This document shows positions 1 through 9,829 of a stretch of DNA of 64,000 nucleotides, piece after piece. The stretch is from a virus (taxonomy: Duplodnaviria > Caudoviricetes), in the IMG/VR virus record IMGVR_UViG_2974541498_000001, positions 1 to 64,000 of that record; one strand, 5' to 3'. A model generated the notes under the pieces. It had not been told where the DNA came from. It ran no database searches and saw only the letters and a program-made list of their open reading frames with translations. Made by a program: the position numbers and the translations under genes. Position 1 is the stretch's first letter, and every line of letters begins with the position of its first letter.

Positions 1-207
1 ATGGAAACTATTTCAGAAAAGCAACAAGACTATTTACGGACTTTAATGAGTAATAATTATTCCGTTCTTAATGTTACCCCAGAGGAGTTAGTTAGCAAAT
101 ATCTAGATAGCCAAGAAGCTACTTTTGATAATCTTAGTAAGGCAGATGCCTCTGTTCTTATTGGGGTGTTAAGTGCTTTAAATAAGTATGAAAAGAAGGT
201 TAAGTAA
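1..207 (+). CDS. hypothetical protein
   Basis: ORF track; TAATG overlap with next gene. Confidence 0.6.
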   Translation: METISEKQQDYLRTLMSNNYSVLNVTPEELVSKYLDSQEATFDNLSKADASVLIGVLSALNKYEKKVK

Positions 208-797
208 TGGGACTATTTAATAATAACGAAGAAAAGTTAAATAAGCTATTAGAAGAATTAGGATCATTAAATGCTAAAGTAGATTTAATGACTAATAAGC
301 TAGACTCTTTATCTTCTAATAAGCTAGACTCTTTATCTTCTAATAAGCCAGACCATTTATCTTCTACTGAGGTAAAAAAGGAATACTCTGATGTAAAAGC
401 TAATAATTATAAAGAATATACTAAGAATGCTTATACTAAGAATGCTCCCGTAAAGGTTATTAAAGGGTCTGATGTTAAAATTTACCCTACAGTTTCTTCT
501 GCTGTTCGGGACTTAAAAGTCCCATATAGCCGGGTTAGAAGTCACATTAAGACGATTGACGGCTATCGAGTAATTAATATCAAATCGGTAAATAATCGTT
601 CAAAGTTTGAAGGAATTCCAGTTACTACTTATAAATCTGGCAATGTAATTAAGGAATACCCATCAAAGAGGGCTATTATTGAAGATCTGCATATTGCAAC
701 CAACACTCTAGATACTTTGCTTAAAAAGAATAATAAAGGATATTTTATTAACTTAGAAGATTTAGAAAAGTCCAATAATATGGTCAATTTTGTTTAA
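207..797 (+). CDS. putative DNA-binding protein with NUMOD1-like motifs
   Basis: Two motifs 'KIYPTVSSAVRDLKV' and 'IKEYPSKRAIIEDLHI'. Confidence 0.5.
   Translation: MGLFNNNEEKLNKLLEELGSLNAKVDLMTNKLDSLSSNKLDSLSSNKPDHLSSTEVKKEYSDVKANNYKEYTKNAYTKNAPVKVIKGSDVKIYPTVSSAVRDLKVPYSRVRSHIKTIDGYRVINIKSVNNRSKFEGIPVTTYKSGNVIKEYPSKRAIIEDLHIATNTLDTLLKKNNKGYFINLEDLEKSNNMVNFV
292..363 (+). repeat. 3 x 24-bp in-frame tandem repeat (NKLDSLSS)
   Basis: ctaataagctagactctttatctt x2 plus one degenerate copy. Confidence 0.9.
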
Positions 798-808
798 TAA
801 CCCCCCCT

Positions 809-821
809 CTTATCTATATTA
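809..821 (+). promoter_or_regulatory. putative late promoter CTTAYCTATATTA
   Basis: Same motif lies upstream of the tail-fibre, terminase-adjacent and tRNA units. Confidence 0.55.
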
Positions 822-843
822 AGTATAGAAAGGGGGATTTATT

Positions 844-2385
844 ATTTTAAGTAGATTAAAACAGCTACTATTAGGTATTTCTATTTTAGTAGCTAGTCTG
901 CTTATGATTGGTTTCGGAAGCCAAAGTAAGGCACAAGCAAGTACTATTGGAAAAGTTTTTGATACTTCTGAATGGCAGGGATCTTGGACTGATGCGCAGG
1001 TTAAGTCTCTATCTAAAGAAGTTAGTTTCCTTATCATGCGGGTACAATATGGATCAGCGTATAAGGATAAGACTTTTAACCATAACTTACGATTAGTTAA
1101 TAAATATCATATTCCGTATGGTGTTTATAGCTTTAGTATGTATACAAGTGCTAGCGATGCTAGAAGTGAAGCTAGATATTTACATGCACGGGCACCAAAA
1201 GCATTATTTTATGTTAATGATGCCGAACAGCATACAACAAGTTCATATTCTACAGCGACTACTGCTTGGGGTTCCGAGATGCAATCATTAACTAGTAGAC
1301 CTGTAATATTATATTCATACCGATATTTTTATAACCAATATATTGGTACGAGGAAGAACTATGATGCATTCTGGTTAGCTTCTTATCAGACCTATTTACC
1401 AACTCCGAAAAACTATGCTTTATGGCAGTTTAGTGACAAAGATTATTCTCATTCATTGGGGTTATCTTTAGATTCTAATAAGGTCATCACTAGTCAGAAG
1501 CCATTATCATTCTGGATTGGTAAAACTAAGGCAAATAAAGATAAAACAGCCTATATTGCTGGAGGATATAAAAAGGGTGAAACAGTTGTTCTTAATAAGA
1601 ATGCTTATAAATTCTTTAATCCAGCAGTAAAGATTGCTTCTTCTGCTAAGGGCCATAAGTATACAATCAGTAATACGCAATCTGTTAAGAGTAGTAGCTC
1701 TAAACAAGCAGTACTTCTTAAAAAAGATGGTAAAATTATTGGTTGGGCTTTAGCTCAGGATGTTCATTATCCTAATAAATATATTAAGAGTATGCCAAAA
1801 GGAAATACTATTCAAGCGATTACTAAGATCAACCAATACAAGGATATTGAATTTAACAAGAAGGCTGGGAAGTCTTATGCTAAAAACAAAATATTCCATG
1901 TAAAGGGAATAGCTACTTCTAAGGGTGGCGCTACAAGATTCTTATTAGATAATGGGAATTATGTAACAGGTAATCAAGCTAACGTTCGCCAGACATCTCC
2001 TTATGTTATTCATTTAAGTTCTAGTAGCCGAATGGTTGCTTTGACTGGAATTAAAGGATATAAGGATAAGAATTTAACTAAGCCTGTTAAAGGTAAGGGA
2101 CACCATAAAGGAACAGTATTTACTGCTAAAGGTATCGTTGCCCGAGATTCATCTCATTACAGTGTTCTTATGAGTAATGGGTACTATGCGACGGCATATC
2201 GGGCAAATGTAGCTACTACCAATAAAGCAGTAAAATCCTCACATAAGACATATACAGTAAAGTATGGAGATTCTCTATGGGGAATTGCTAATTCTCATAG
2301 TACAACTATTTCTAAGTTAACTTCTCTTAACGGTATTAGTGCTTCTAGTTATATTTATCCGGGACAAAAACTAATCATTAAGTAA
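844..2385 (+). CDS. endolysin: signal peptide, GH25 muramidase, two DUF5776-like cell-wall-binding repeats, LysM
   Basis: GH25 motifs (DTSEWQG, YVNDAE, LWQFSD, LDSN); C-terminal LysM 'YTVKYGDSLWGIA'. Frame stays open upstream of ATG904 to an RBS-preceded ATT at 841/844. Confidence 0.9.
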   Translation: MLSRLKQLLLGISILVASLLMIGFGSQSKAQASTIGKVFDTSEWQGSWTDAQVKSLSKEVSFLIMRVQYGSAYKDKTFNHNLRLVNKYHIPYGVYSFSMYTSASDARSEARYLHARAPKALFYVNDAEQHTTSSYSTATTAWGSEMQSLTSRPVILYSYRYFYNQYIGTRKNYDAFWLASYQTYLPTPKNYALWQFSDKDYSHSLGLSLDSNKVITSQKPLSFWIGKTKANKDKTAYIAGGYKKGETVVLNKNAYKFFNPAVKIASSAKGHKYTISNTQSVKSSSSKQAVLLKKDGKIIGWALAQDVHYPNKYIKSMPKGNTIQAITKINQYKDIEFNKKAGKSYAKNKIFHVKGIATSKGGATRFLLDNGNYVTGNQANVRQTSPYVIHLSSSSRMVALTGIKGYKDKNLTKPVKGKGHHKGTVFTAKGIVARDSSHYSVLMSNGYYATAYRANVATTNKAVKSSHKTYTVKYGDSLWGIANSHSTTISKLTSLNGISASSYIYPGQKLIIK

Positions 2386-2397
2386 TACTATATTAAA

Positions 2398-2570
2398 AAC
2401 AGAGAGAAGGAAGTAGCTGGTTACTACTTCTAACTCGAATCTGGTTAGGGCCAGAAAATAAGATACTCCCTAAAGTATCTTGTCTAGTTAGACTAACCAT
2501 CAAAGCTAGGCAGATTGCCTCTAATAAGTTTGTCTTGATTCTAAGACAGACAAGTTAGGGGCTTTTATTT
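2398..2570 (+). ncRNA. candidate structured ncRNA with two kissing-loop pairs and a terminator
   Basis: CTATATTA at 2388; five hairpins; loops TTAGGG/CCCTAA and TGGTTA/TAACCA are complementary; no ORF. Confidence 0.65.
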
Positions 2571-2613
2571 TGCTATAATTTATGGTATAATACATAAAAA
2601 GGAGATTTTAAAA

Positions 2614-3789
2614 ATGAAATTAGCTATTTTAGGAGTTAAAGAGAAAACTGATTCTGGATATAACTATTATTCTTTTCAGAAGAATATGGCGGGGGAAAAC
2701 TTACAAGCAAAGTCACGACAACTTATTAAAAATAGATGGGTAAATGTTAAAAGGATTTCTGTTTTTCCTACTGCCAATTTTAGCTTTATTGACTTTGGAA
2801 GAAAAGATTATGCTTTGAATACTAATAATACATGTATTTTACTAGTAGATACTGAGTTAGACGAAAAGGATGTTAAGGGAATTTCTATTGGATCTTCAGA
2901 GACCACTAGATTTGGTAAACAAAAAGTTAAATTAATTAAAGAAGTTACTGATCCATATGATTTAGATTTCTTAACAGACATCTATTTTAAATATGCTACT
3001 CCCGATAATAGAAGCAATGCTACCTATGATCTGTTAACTTGGGATTTTATGTATTATTGTAGTAATAGTAATAAAGAATCCTTTAAGAAACTTATAGCTG
3101 ATTATACTTTTAATAATGCGAGTGAAATTAAACAATATGGTATTGATTTCTCTATATCCGACAAAAACTTTATCCTATGGAAATGGTTAGTGGATTATAA
3201 GGATATTTTAGCTAAAGAAGAGTCCTATCAAGTTAAATTTGGTATGTACGGGGAATTCAAAATTTCTAATAAATCTATTAAAAATCTTGTTAAAGAAAAG
3301 GATATTTCCTTCAAATATATTAAGGCATTACCACATAAATACTTTCTTCAGGCAATTAAGATGTTACCTAAAGAATATACAAGAAATTTAAGTAAAGAAG
3401 ATAAAGTATTCTTATATTTCTCCCTTTATTCTGATGAACAAGAAGCAGTTTCCTTAGTTGAAAAAGGACAGGTAGATATTAATGATCTATTTAAGACTGC
3501 TTGGAACACTGGAGAATTAATTAATAAAGATAGGGAAACTATTTTAAAAGACAGAGATTATAAGCCAGAAGAAGAAACTTGCTATGATGATGATTATGAC
3601 TATGCTTGGGATAATGAATTCTTCACTGAATATACTGTGGTAATTGATGATCAATACGATATTGTTCAAGAAAAGTTTTCCTGGAAGGATTATTTGGATA
3701 GAGACCTTCTTGAAAAAATATCTAAGCGCTATGCACCACGAGTTAAGGATATGCTGTTGAATAAAGGATGGGAAAACTATGAAGATTAG
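2614..3789 (+). CDS. hypothetical protein
   Basis: 391 aa; TGnTATAAT promoter and AAGGAG RBS. Confidence 0.8.
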   Translation: MKLAILGVKEKTDSGYNYYSFQKNMAGENLQAKSRQLIKNRWVNVKRISVFPTANFSFIDFGRKDYALNTNNTCILLVDTELDEKDVKGISIGSSETTRFGKQKVKLIKEVTDPYDLDFLTDIYFKYATPDNRSNATYDLLTWDFMYYCSNSNKESFKKLIADYTFNNASEIKQYGIDFSISDKNFILWKWLVDYKDILAKEESYQVKFGMYGEFKISNKSIKNLVKEKDISFKYIKALPHKYFLQAIKMLPKEYTRNLSKEDKVFLYFSLYSDEQEAVSLVEKGQVDINDLFKTAWNTGELINKDRETILKDRDYKPEEETCYDDDYDYAWDNEFFTEYTVVIDDQYDIVQEKFSWKDYLDRDLLEKISKRYAPRVKDMLLNKGWENYED

Positions 3790-3982
3790 AGAATTACTTA
3801 GTTTAGATGGTAGTTTTGTTGCAAGAGTAGGGCAAAGAAATGTTGTAGATATCTATATAACAAACGAATTGCCAAGCAATAGGTATTTTCCTAACGCAAT
3901 ATTCTACGAGGTCGTAAAAGATAATGGTTCAGAGATTTTTTACCCACGAGAAATGTTCATTTCTGTTTGGGAAAAAGACTAG
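3779..3982 (+). CDS. hypothetical protein
   Basis: Overlapping operon gene. Confidence 0.65.
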   Translation: MKIRELLSLDGSFVARVGQRNVVDIYITNELPSNRYFPNAIFYEVVKDNGSEIFYPREMFISVWEKD

Positions 3983-3993
3983 GGGGTTAAATA

Positions 3994-4449
3994 ATGTGGT
4001 TTGTAAAGAAGAATAAAGATAACACTCCAAAACTACTAGAAATTAATGCAGGCGAAGCACGTAGTCTGGTTACTTCTTATGGGAATCAAATAGATAAAGA
4101 TGAGATTGAGTATCATAATCTAGTAAGTAGAATTCTTAATTCCCCCTATCTTGATAAATCATTTTCCACCATTATTAATAAGATTATGCGGAGAATTTCG
4201 GTTGATGCATCAACCTTTGGGAAGGAATGCACACAGATTTCTTATGGTACTATTAGTAAATATATTGATGATAAATCACCTATTCACAAGTATACTAGGT
4301 ATTTATTTGACCGTGGAGATACTATTATTGACTCTTATGCTTATATAGTTAAGGAGTATTTATCAAAAGATTTAGGTTTTACCGTTAGCTACAGTAGGAA
4401 TTACGAAGATGATCAAATATTAAATATTAGTTGGAAAGAAAAAGACTAG
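3994..4449 (+). CDS. hypothetical protein
   Basis: RBS AGGGGG. Confidence 0.75.
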   Translation: MWFVKKNKDNTPKLLEINAGEARSLVTSYGNQIDKDEIEYHNLVSRILNSPYLDKSFSTIINKIMRRISVDASTFGKECTQISYGTISKYIDDKSPIHKYTRYLFDRGDTIIDSYAYIVKEYLSKDLGFTVSYSRNYEDDQILNISWKEKD

Positions 4450-4460
4450 GAGGAATACTA

Positions 4461-4736
4461 ATGGGATATTATGAGACGTTAAATGCAATTGCTAAGGATA
4501 TGGAAAATATCTATAAGGTGATTAAAGAGGATTTAGATAAAGGGACTACTTTCCCTCAATGGGCTATTTGGTCTTTTAGTAAGATGACCCATGCAGAAGA
4601 TAAGGCTTTACTTAATCAGGAAATTAATCCAGCGAATAAAGGGGAAATTCCTTATGCTATCCGGCAAATGCTTCTATTAGATGATATGACCCCAAATAAG
4701 CTTATCAGAGACTTCTCAGCTACCTTGGGGGCTTAG
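4461..4736 (+). CDS. hypothetical protein
   Basis: AGGAGG RBS before ATG4461. Confidence 0.75.
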   Translation: MGYYETLNAIAKDMENIYKVIKEDLDKGTTFPQWAIWSFSKMTHAEDKALLNQEINPANKGEIPYAIRQMLLLDDMTPNKLIRDFSATLGA

Positions 4737-4741
4737 CCTAT

Positions 4742-5062
4742 ATGAATACACCTAAAAGCACTAATAGCATACCACAAGGGATTATAAAGTCCTCATTAGA
4801 CAAGGATAAGTATTATCTCCAATTTCCTTGGATGAATGGTAAGGTTTCTAAGTCAGTTAATTATGTTGTCTATATTTATCAAGTAACTCCTTTATATCAA
4901 GCAATAAAAGAGTTAAGAATCCCCTATAAAGACACTTCTTATACTGGGATCAAGCAGATTTTAAATACTATTATGAATAGTACGAATTATCGGGATTCTC
5001 CTAATAAGAAAGAAAAAATTCTCAATAGTATTGGGTTAAAAGTATTAGATATTTCGTTTTAG
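4742..5062 (+). CDS. hypothetical protein
   Basis: ORF followed by a terminator. Confidence 0.7.
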   Translation: MNTPKSTNSIPQGIIKSSLDKDKYYLQFPWMNGKVSKSVNYVVYIYQVTPLYQAIKELRIPYKDTSYTGIKQILNTIMNSTNYRDSPNKKEKILNSIGLKVLDISF

Positions 5063-5084
5063 AGGGATTTATTCCCTCTTTTTT
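5061..5084 (+). terminator. rho-independent terminator
   Basis: agaggga-tttat-tccctct then T-run. Confidence 0.8.
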
Positions 5085-5139
5085 ATTGACTTTAATATGA
5101 TATTATAGTATTATATAGATATTGAAAGGGGAAATAAAA

Positions 5140-5520
5140 ATGAATAAAGAAATTGAAAAGGTTAATAACGTTTTCAAAGAAACTATAGGTAAGGATAATA
5201 TTGATGTTACTTCTATGAAGCAGGATCATAAGTTATACGAATTAGAAAAAGTCTTAACAGAAGCTGGGCATACTTATAAGCTTTATTTTGATGATGATCT
5301 ATTAATCAATTTAGAAGAAGTAAATGGAGCCTTTATTATTCATCAATTAAATGTTAAAACAGTTTTTGCTGAGAATGCTGTATTTACTCTATTAAATAGA
5401 GTATCTGAATCCGTGGGGGTTAAATCTGTTTTTAAAGTAAAGCGATTCCCGAGCATTAATAAAACGGTAGTTACTCGCGATGGGGAAACTATTCAATATC
5501 TGTCAGAATTAATTAGCTAA
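5140..5520 (+). CDS. hypothetical early protein
   Basis: TTGACT/TATTAT promoter; RBS before ATG5140. Confidence 0.75.
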   Translation: MNKEIEKVNNVFKETIGKDNIDVTSMKQDHKLYELEKVLTEAGHTYKLYFDDDLLINLEEVNGAFIIHQLNVKTVFAENAVFTLLNRVSESVGVKSVFKVKRFPSINKTVVTRDGETIQYLSELIS

Positions 5521-5525
5521 AACTG

Positions 5526-5580
5526 TTGACAATACTATTATATGATGTTAAGATGTAACCATAGATAAGGAAAGGAATTT
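5526..5580 (+). promoter_or_regulatory. sigmaA-type early promoter with ATAGATAAGGAAAGGAA leader
   Basis: TTGACA-17-TAAGAT; leader recurs at 5928, 6180, 18541, 19359, 19709, 20265, 20477, 20771, 20956, 21314. Confidence 0.85.
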
Positions 5581-5586
5581 TTAAAA

Positions 5587-5889
5587 ATGATTACAATGAA
5601 ACAAGTGACTGATAGCTTAAACAAAATGGACTATATTTCAAAGGCGGCTACTCTAAATATGCTTCATTATGATATGTGGAATGCATTAGTAGATTCAAAA
5701 AACTTTAAAGAAGCTTATCAAGAATTTAAGAGGGATTCTGATTATACTTACGGGAGTAACACACCTATTACTGAAGAAGATTTTCCTGAACTAATGCTAG
5801 ATAGTGAAAACAAAATTAAAAAAGCTACGGTCTATGCTGTAAATAATAATCTGATTAACTTAGAAGATATTTCATATTTATTTGAATAA
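5587..5889 (+). CDS. hypothetical early protein
   Basis: Own promoter and RBS. Confidence 0.8.
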   Translation: MITMKQVTDSLNKMDYISKAATLNMLHYDMWNALVDSKNFKEAYQEFKRDSDYTYGSNTPITEEDFPELMLDSENKIKKATVYAVNNNLINLEDISYLFE

Positions 5890-5952
5890 AAATTGATAAG
5901 TTGCTCAATCAATGCTATAATAGAATCATAGATAAGGAAAGGAAGTTATAAA

Positions 5953-6141
5953 ATGTTAACTCAAGCAGAAAAGGAAAGAAAAAAGCAGATCGCCTATGCT
6001 TATCGTAAGCAACATCCAGAAAGAGTTAAGCACACTCAACGTAAAAGTAACGCTTTCAGTTTTGTTCGTAAAGATGCTAATAAGCAGGAATTATTAGATT
6101 TAAAAGAAGAAATTGATATTCTTCTACAAAATATGGAATAA
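5953..6141 (+). CDS. small basic putative DNA-binding protein
   Basis: 'RKSNAFSFVRKDANKQELLDLKEEI' resembles a common lactic-acid-bacteria phage family; own promoter. Confidence 0.6.
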   Translation: MLTQAEKERKKQIAYAYRKQHPERVKHTQRKSNAFSFVRKDANKQELLDLKEEIDILLQNME

Positions 6142-6209
6142 ATATTGACAATCATAAAATATAATGATAATATTTAAATATAGATAAGATATTAAAGGAG
6201 ATAACAATT

Positions 6210-6587
6210 ATGGAAAGCCAATTATTTAATGAATTACCAGTCGTAAAACAACTATCAATTATTAGTCAAGCACTAGATTTAACTACCAATACACTTCATT
6301 TCTCAAACCACTTAAAGCAAAAGTTAGATCTATTAGAAGTTAGCTTTTCTTCTAAGTTCATGCAGAATATGTTAGCTAATAACTTGTATTCTATTATTGA
6401 GATTACTAAAGTAGATAGTCGCCGAGGAGTTGATACCCGTTTTCTATTAAAGAGTACAGAAACTTTTAGTCTTACTCGTGGAGGAACTCGGGTTCCAGTT
6501 AACTTATATTTAGTTATTTCTGTAGTAAGTCATGTTATTGTAACGGCATATGTAGATCGTAGCGAATCTTATGACCGGTTTAATTAA
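6210..6587 (+). CDS. hypothetical protein, possible DUF4258/RelE-like fold
   Basis: 'FSNHLKQKL...LVISVVSHVIVTAY' pattern. Confidence 0.4.
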   Translation: MESQLFNELPVVKQLSIISQALDLTTNTLHFSNHLKQKLDLLEVSFSSKFMQNMLANNLYSIIEITKVDSRRGVDTRFLLKSTETFSLTRGGTRVPVNLYLVISVVSHVIVTAYVDRSESYDRFN

Positions 6588-6600
6588 GGAGGAACATAAA

Positions 6601-6873
6601 ATGAGTAATATTATTGATGAACTGTTTGATTTAAATAAAAAACTAGGGCGTTGGGATACTGGTAAAACTATTATTAAATACTGGGGAAACATGAGTATTC
6701 ATGAATTAGTATCTAATACAACTACAAATATTTGGGATTTAGGTCAAGATATTGGTAAGTTATCAAGTATTCAAGCTAATGCACCAACGCAGGAAAATAA
6801 AGATTTAGCAATCAAAGAGATTAATTTGCTAACTAAACTTTTGGCAGACTTATGCGAACTCGTAGGTGATTAG
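6601..6873 (+). CDS. hypothetical protein
   Basis: AAGGAGG RBS before ATG6601. Confidence 0.75.
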   Translation: MSNIIDELFDLNKKLGRWDTGKTIIKYWGNMSIHELVSNTTTNIWDLGQDIGKLSSIQANAPTQENKDLAIKEINLLTKLLADLCELVGD

Positions 6874-6875
6874 CA

Positions 6876-7343
6876 ATGTATAAAACAATTAGAGTGTATT
6901 TATTAAAAAATTTAAGTAATAATAAAATAGAAATTTATAATAAATATCCTAATATTATCTTTTCCAAAGATAGCTATAATCTATTGGGATGTGACCTATC
7001 TATCCAATATTATAATCAGAATCCCAGTATCTTAGATATTAGACGAACGATGGATAAGTTAGAATTAACCATTAGTAATTATCCTAGTCGGTTACGATTA
7101 AGTGCTAGAGGTTATATAGTGTTTGCTAAGGAAGAATATATTCCTTCTTTCGATCAAGCATATATGCTATCTGAAACTTTAAAATCAATAGTTAAACAAT
7201 TAGGTTATGAAGAAAATATGGCTAATGTTGTAGCAGACAGCCCTAGCTTTAATCTAGAAAGTATGTTAAAATATAACTATGCAGAAAAGAAAGAAAAAAT
7301 TAAAGAAATTCTAAATAAGAAAGGACTCAAAGTACATGATTAA
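6876..7343 (+). CDS. hypothetical protein
   Basis: Operon gene. Confidence 0.7.
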   Translation: MYKTIRVYLLKNLSNNKIEIYNKYPNIIFSKDSYNLLGCDLSIQYYNQNPSILDIRRTMDKLELTISNYPSRLRLSARGYIVFAKEEYIPSFDQAYMLSETLKSIVKQLGYEENMANVVADSPSFNLESMLKYNYAEKKEKIKEILNKKGLKVHD

Positions 7344-7782
7344 GATTATTGCTGGTCTTCTATTAATTTTCGGTATATGGGGGCTGTATAAGGAAATTAG
7401 CTACTTTTATAAATGGGCCAAAACTGGGGAATACCACGAAGGATATTCTGTAACGCAGGAGCTAGAGAAACAGCTTGTTGATAATAATATTCCTAAAGAG
7501 TATAAAAATTATCTTTATATTGTTGGATCTTCTTTTAGTGTTTTTATTCTACTATTGGCGTATGTTACTACGGGATTCTATGTAAAACACCAAGGAATTT
7601 TTGAGATTACCGCCGTTATTTCTCTGGGATATGTCACTATGACTTATTTTATAGAAATACTTGGAATTCTAAAGGAGTCCTCAAATCTATCAGGTAATAA
7701 ACGCTTAATTTGGGATTTAGGATCAGTTTTCTTTGAAATTATTGTATTTGTTCTTGTACCTATTAGCGTATTAAGCATGTAA
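7336..7782 (+). CDS. membrane protein (about 4 TM)
   Basis: Hydrophobic segments. Confidence 0.75.
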   Translation: MIKIIAGLLLIFGIWGLYKEISYFYKWAKTGEYHEGYSVTQELEKQLVDNNIPKEYKNYLYIVGSSFSVFILLLAYVTTGFYVKHQGIFEITAVISLGYVTMTYFIEILGILKESSNLSGNKRLIWDLGSVFFEIIVFVLVPISVLSM

Positions 7783-7793
7783 AGGAGAATTGT

Positions 7794-9497
7794 ATGTTAA
7801 CTATTACATTTTTATCAACAATTTTAGCATTGTTTTTCACTATTATTTTTATTATTTTTTCTAATAAGCGTAAGCCGGGGAGCACCTTTTTCTCAGCTAT
7901 TCTATATGTAATCATTTTCTTAATCGCCTATTGTATTAGTTACGTTGGGTTACCATCAAGAAACTTGCTAAGCTTACTATTTATTAATGCTCTTTATTCT
8001 ATTCCTATCGGTATTATTGTATCATTCGAATCTAGGGACCACTATGATACTAATTATGATGTTGTAAAAGGAAATAAAGTATTGCCCGTTATTTTATGGC
8101 TAACTTTGATTATTGTTTTCTCTACTAGTATTATTGGTAATTTACATTCACATATGAGTGTTAAGCCAGTTTATAATAGTATTACAGCAGTTAAATCAAA
8201 TAGTAATGAAGCCCCTACTTTTAAGCGAGGAGAAACTCCTGTAGCTATTACTTATGCAACCGCTCGTAATCGTATGAATAAATCTATGAGTGACGTACCT
8301 AATCCTCAGTATTATACTTTGGGGGATATTGAAGCCCAATATTATAAAGGCAAACCAGTATATGTAGCTTCATTGGAATATGATGGATTCTTCGCTTCTC
8401 ATAAAGCTAAGAAAATCCCGGGTTACTTTATTATTGATGCTACTGATGTAAATGCTCAGCCCAAATTTGTTAATAAGAGCATTACTTATGCTACTAGTGG
8501 GTGGTTTAGCAAGAAAGCTTCTCGAAAGCTATATCGGAGCTATCCTACTTGGCTAAAAGCAGACAGTAGTATTCCCCAGCTAGAAATCAACGATAATGGT
8601 GATCCTTACTTAGTAGAGACAATGTATAAGTCAATGCCGCTAAGTCACCGAATTAATTATAAAGATTTACACACTGTTGTTATGAATGCAGATACTGGTA
8701 GTTCTAAGATGTACAATTCAAATAATCTACCAAAATGGGTGGATGAAGGAATTACATCTGATGTAGCAGAATCTATTAACTATGCTTATGGAAAATATAA
8801 GAATGGCTTCTGGAACTTTTCTAAAAGTGGTGTAATGGTTTCTACTAATAGCTCTGTAACCCCAGTATTCAACAAAGATAAGACCATTAGCTACTTTACT
8901 GACTTTACTCGTGATGGTAGCGGAGATAGTGCATTAGGATATTCTATGATTAATGCTAGAACGGGTAAGCTGACTTTCTATAAAACACAAGGAATTATGG
9001 ATAGTGATGGGGCGGTAGAAAACGCTAATCAAAATTATAAAGCTCAGCAGTGGAAGGCTAGTATGCCAATCATCTATAATATTAATGGCCGGCCTGTTTG
9101 GGTAATGTCTATCTTAGATAAGACTAAGGCTTTCCGTGGATACTACTATCTAGATGCTTCTAATCAAACAGTTAATGCAAGTGGATCTAACGCCACACAG
9201 ACCTTAGATAGTTTTAGAGAAGCTTTAGTATCTGGTAATGTTAGCGCTGGAAATACTAATGAAGTAAAGACGGAGACAACTACTGGGGTTATTGATCGTA
9301 TGGCAATTATTACTAATGGTAGTAATTCAAATGTCTTGCTTTCTTTAAAGGGTAGTAAAAACGTCTATACGATTAACACAAGTGACTTTCCTAATGCTAG
9401 TTTAGCTAAGGTTGGGGATAAAGTTAAGCTAACTTCTAAAATGGTTAGTCATAAACCTTATGGGAACGTATCGGATTTCAATAACCTTAATATGTAA
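7794..9497 (+). CDS. membrane-anchored protein with large extracellular domain
   Basis: Four N-terminal TM helices, then about 450 aa of beta-rich sequence. Confidence 0.8.
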   Translation: MLTITFLSTILALFFTIIFIIFSNKRKPGSTFFSAILYVIIFLIAYCISYVGLPSRNLLSLLFINALYSIPIGIIVSFESRDHYDTNYDVVKGNKVLPVILWLTLIIVFSTSIIGNLHSHMSVKPVYNSITAVKSNSNEAPTFKRGETPVAITYATARNRMNKSMSDVPNPQYYTLGDIEAQYYKGKPVYVASLEYDGFFASHKAKKIPGYFIIDATDVNAQPKFVNKSITYATSGWFSKKASRKLYRSYPTWLKADSSIPQLEINDNGDPYLVETMYKSMPLSHRINYKDLHTVVMNADTGSSKMYNSNNLPKWVDEGITSDVAESINYAYGKYKNGFWNFSKSGVMVSTNSSVTPVFNKDKTISYFTDFTRDGSGDSALGYSMINARTGKLTFYKTQGIMDSDGAVENANQNYKAQQWKASMPIIYNINGRPVWVMSILDKTKAFRGYYYLDASNQTVNASGSNATQTLDSFREALVSGNVSAGNTNEVKTETTTGVIDRMAIITNGSNSNVLLSLKGSKNVYTINTSDFPNASLAKVGDKVKLTSKMVSHKPYGNVSDFNNLNM

Positions 9498-9503
9498 AGA
9501 ATA

Positions 9504-9527
9504 AAAGAGGGATAATCCTCTTTTTTT
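9504..9527 (+). terminator. rho-independent terminator
   Basis: aaagagg-gataat-cctcttt then T-run. Confidence 0.8.
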
Positions 9528-9580
9528 ATTGCTTTAATTAAAATATATGGTATAATTAAGATATTAAAGGAGGAATTATT

Positions 9581-9829
9581 ATGAAAGTCAAGCATCAAGC
9601 AATTATTTTAGAGTTCACTAATGATATGGAACCAGAAATGATGGAAGAAGCTCTTAATAAAATTCAAGCAGAGCTATTTGAAAAATATCACTATTGTAGT
9701 ATTAGTAATACCATAAATGAGTCCCGAATCCCAGAATTGGATAAGATTACAAAAAACATTGAAATTTGGGATAAGTGGAACGCAATGTCTAAAAATAATA
9801 AGGAGATAAGTAATGAAAAAATTAATTAA
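9581..9829 (+). CDS. hypothetical protein
   Basis: Promoter and AGGAGG RBS. Confidence 0.75.
   Translation: MKVKHQAIILEFTNDMEPEMMEEALNKIQAELFEKYHYCSISNTINESRIPELDKITKNIEIWDKWNAMSKNNKEISNEKIN

Noticed and set aside
2440-2481. Canonical pistol ribozyme
   Set aside because: The P1 loop, AAATA linker and pseudoknot match, but the UAAG and GCG core elements are absent and CCCTAA sits in its own hairpin
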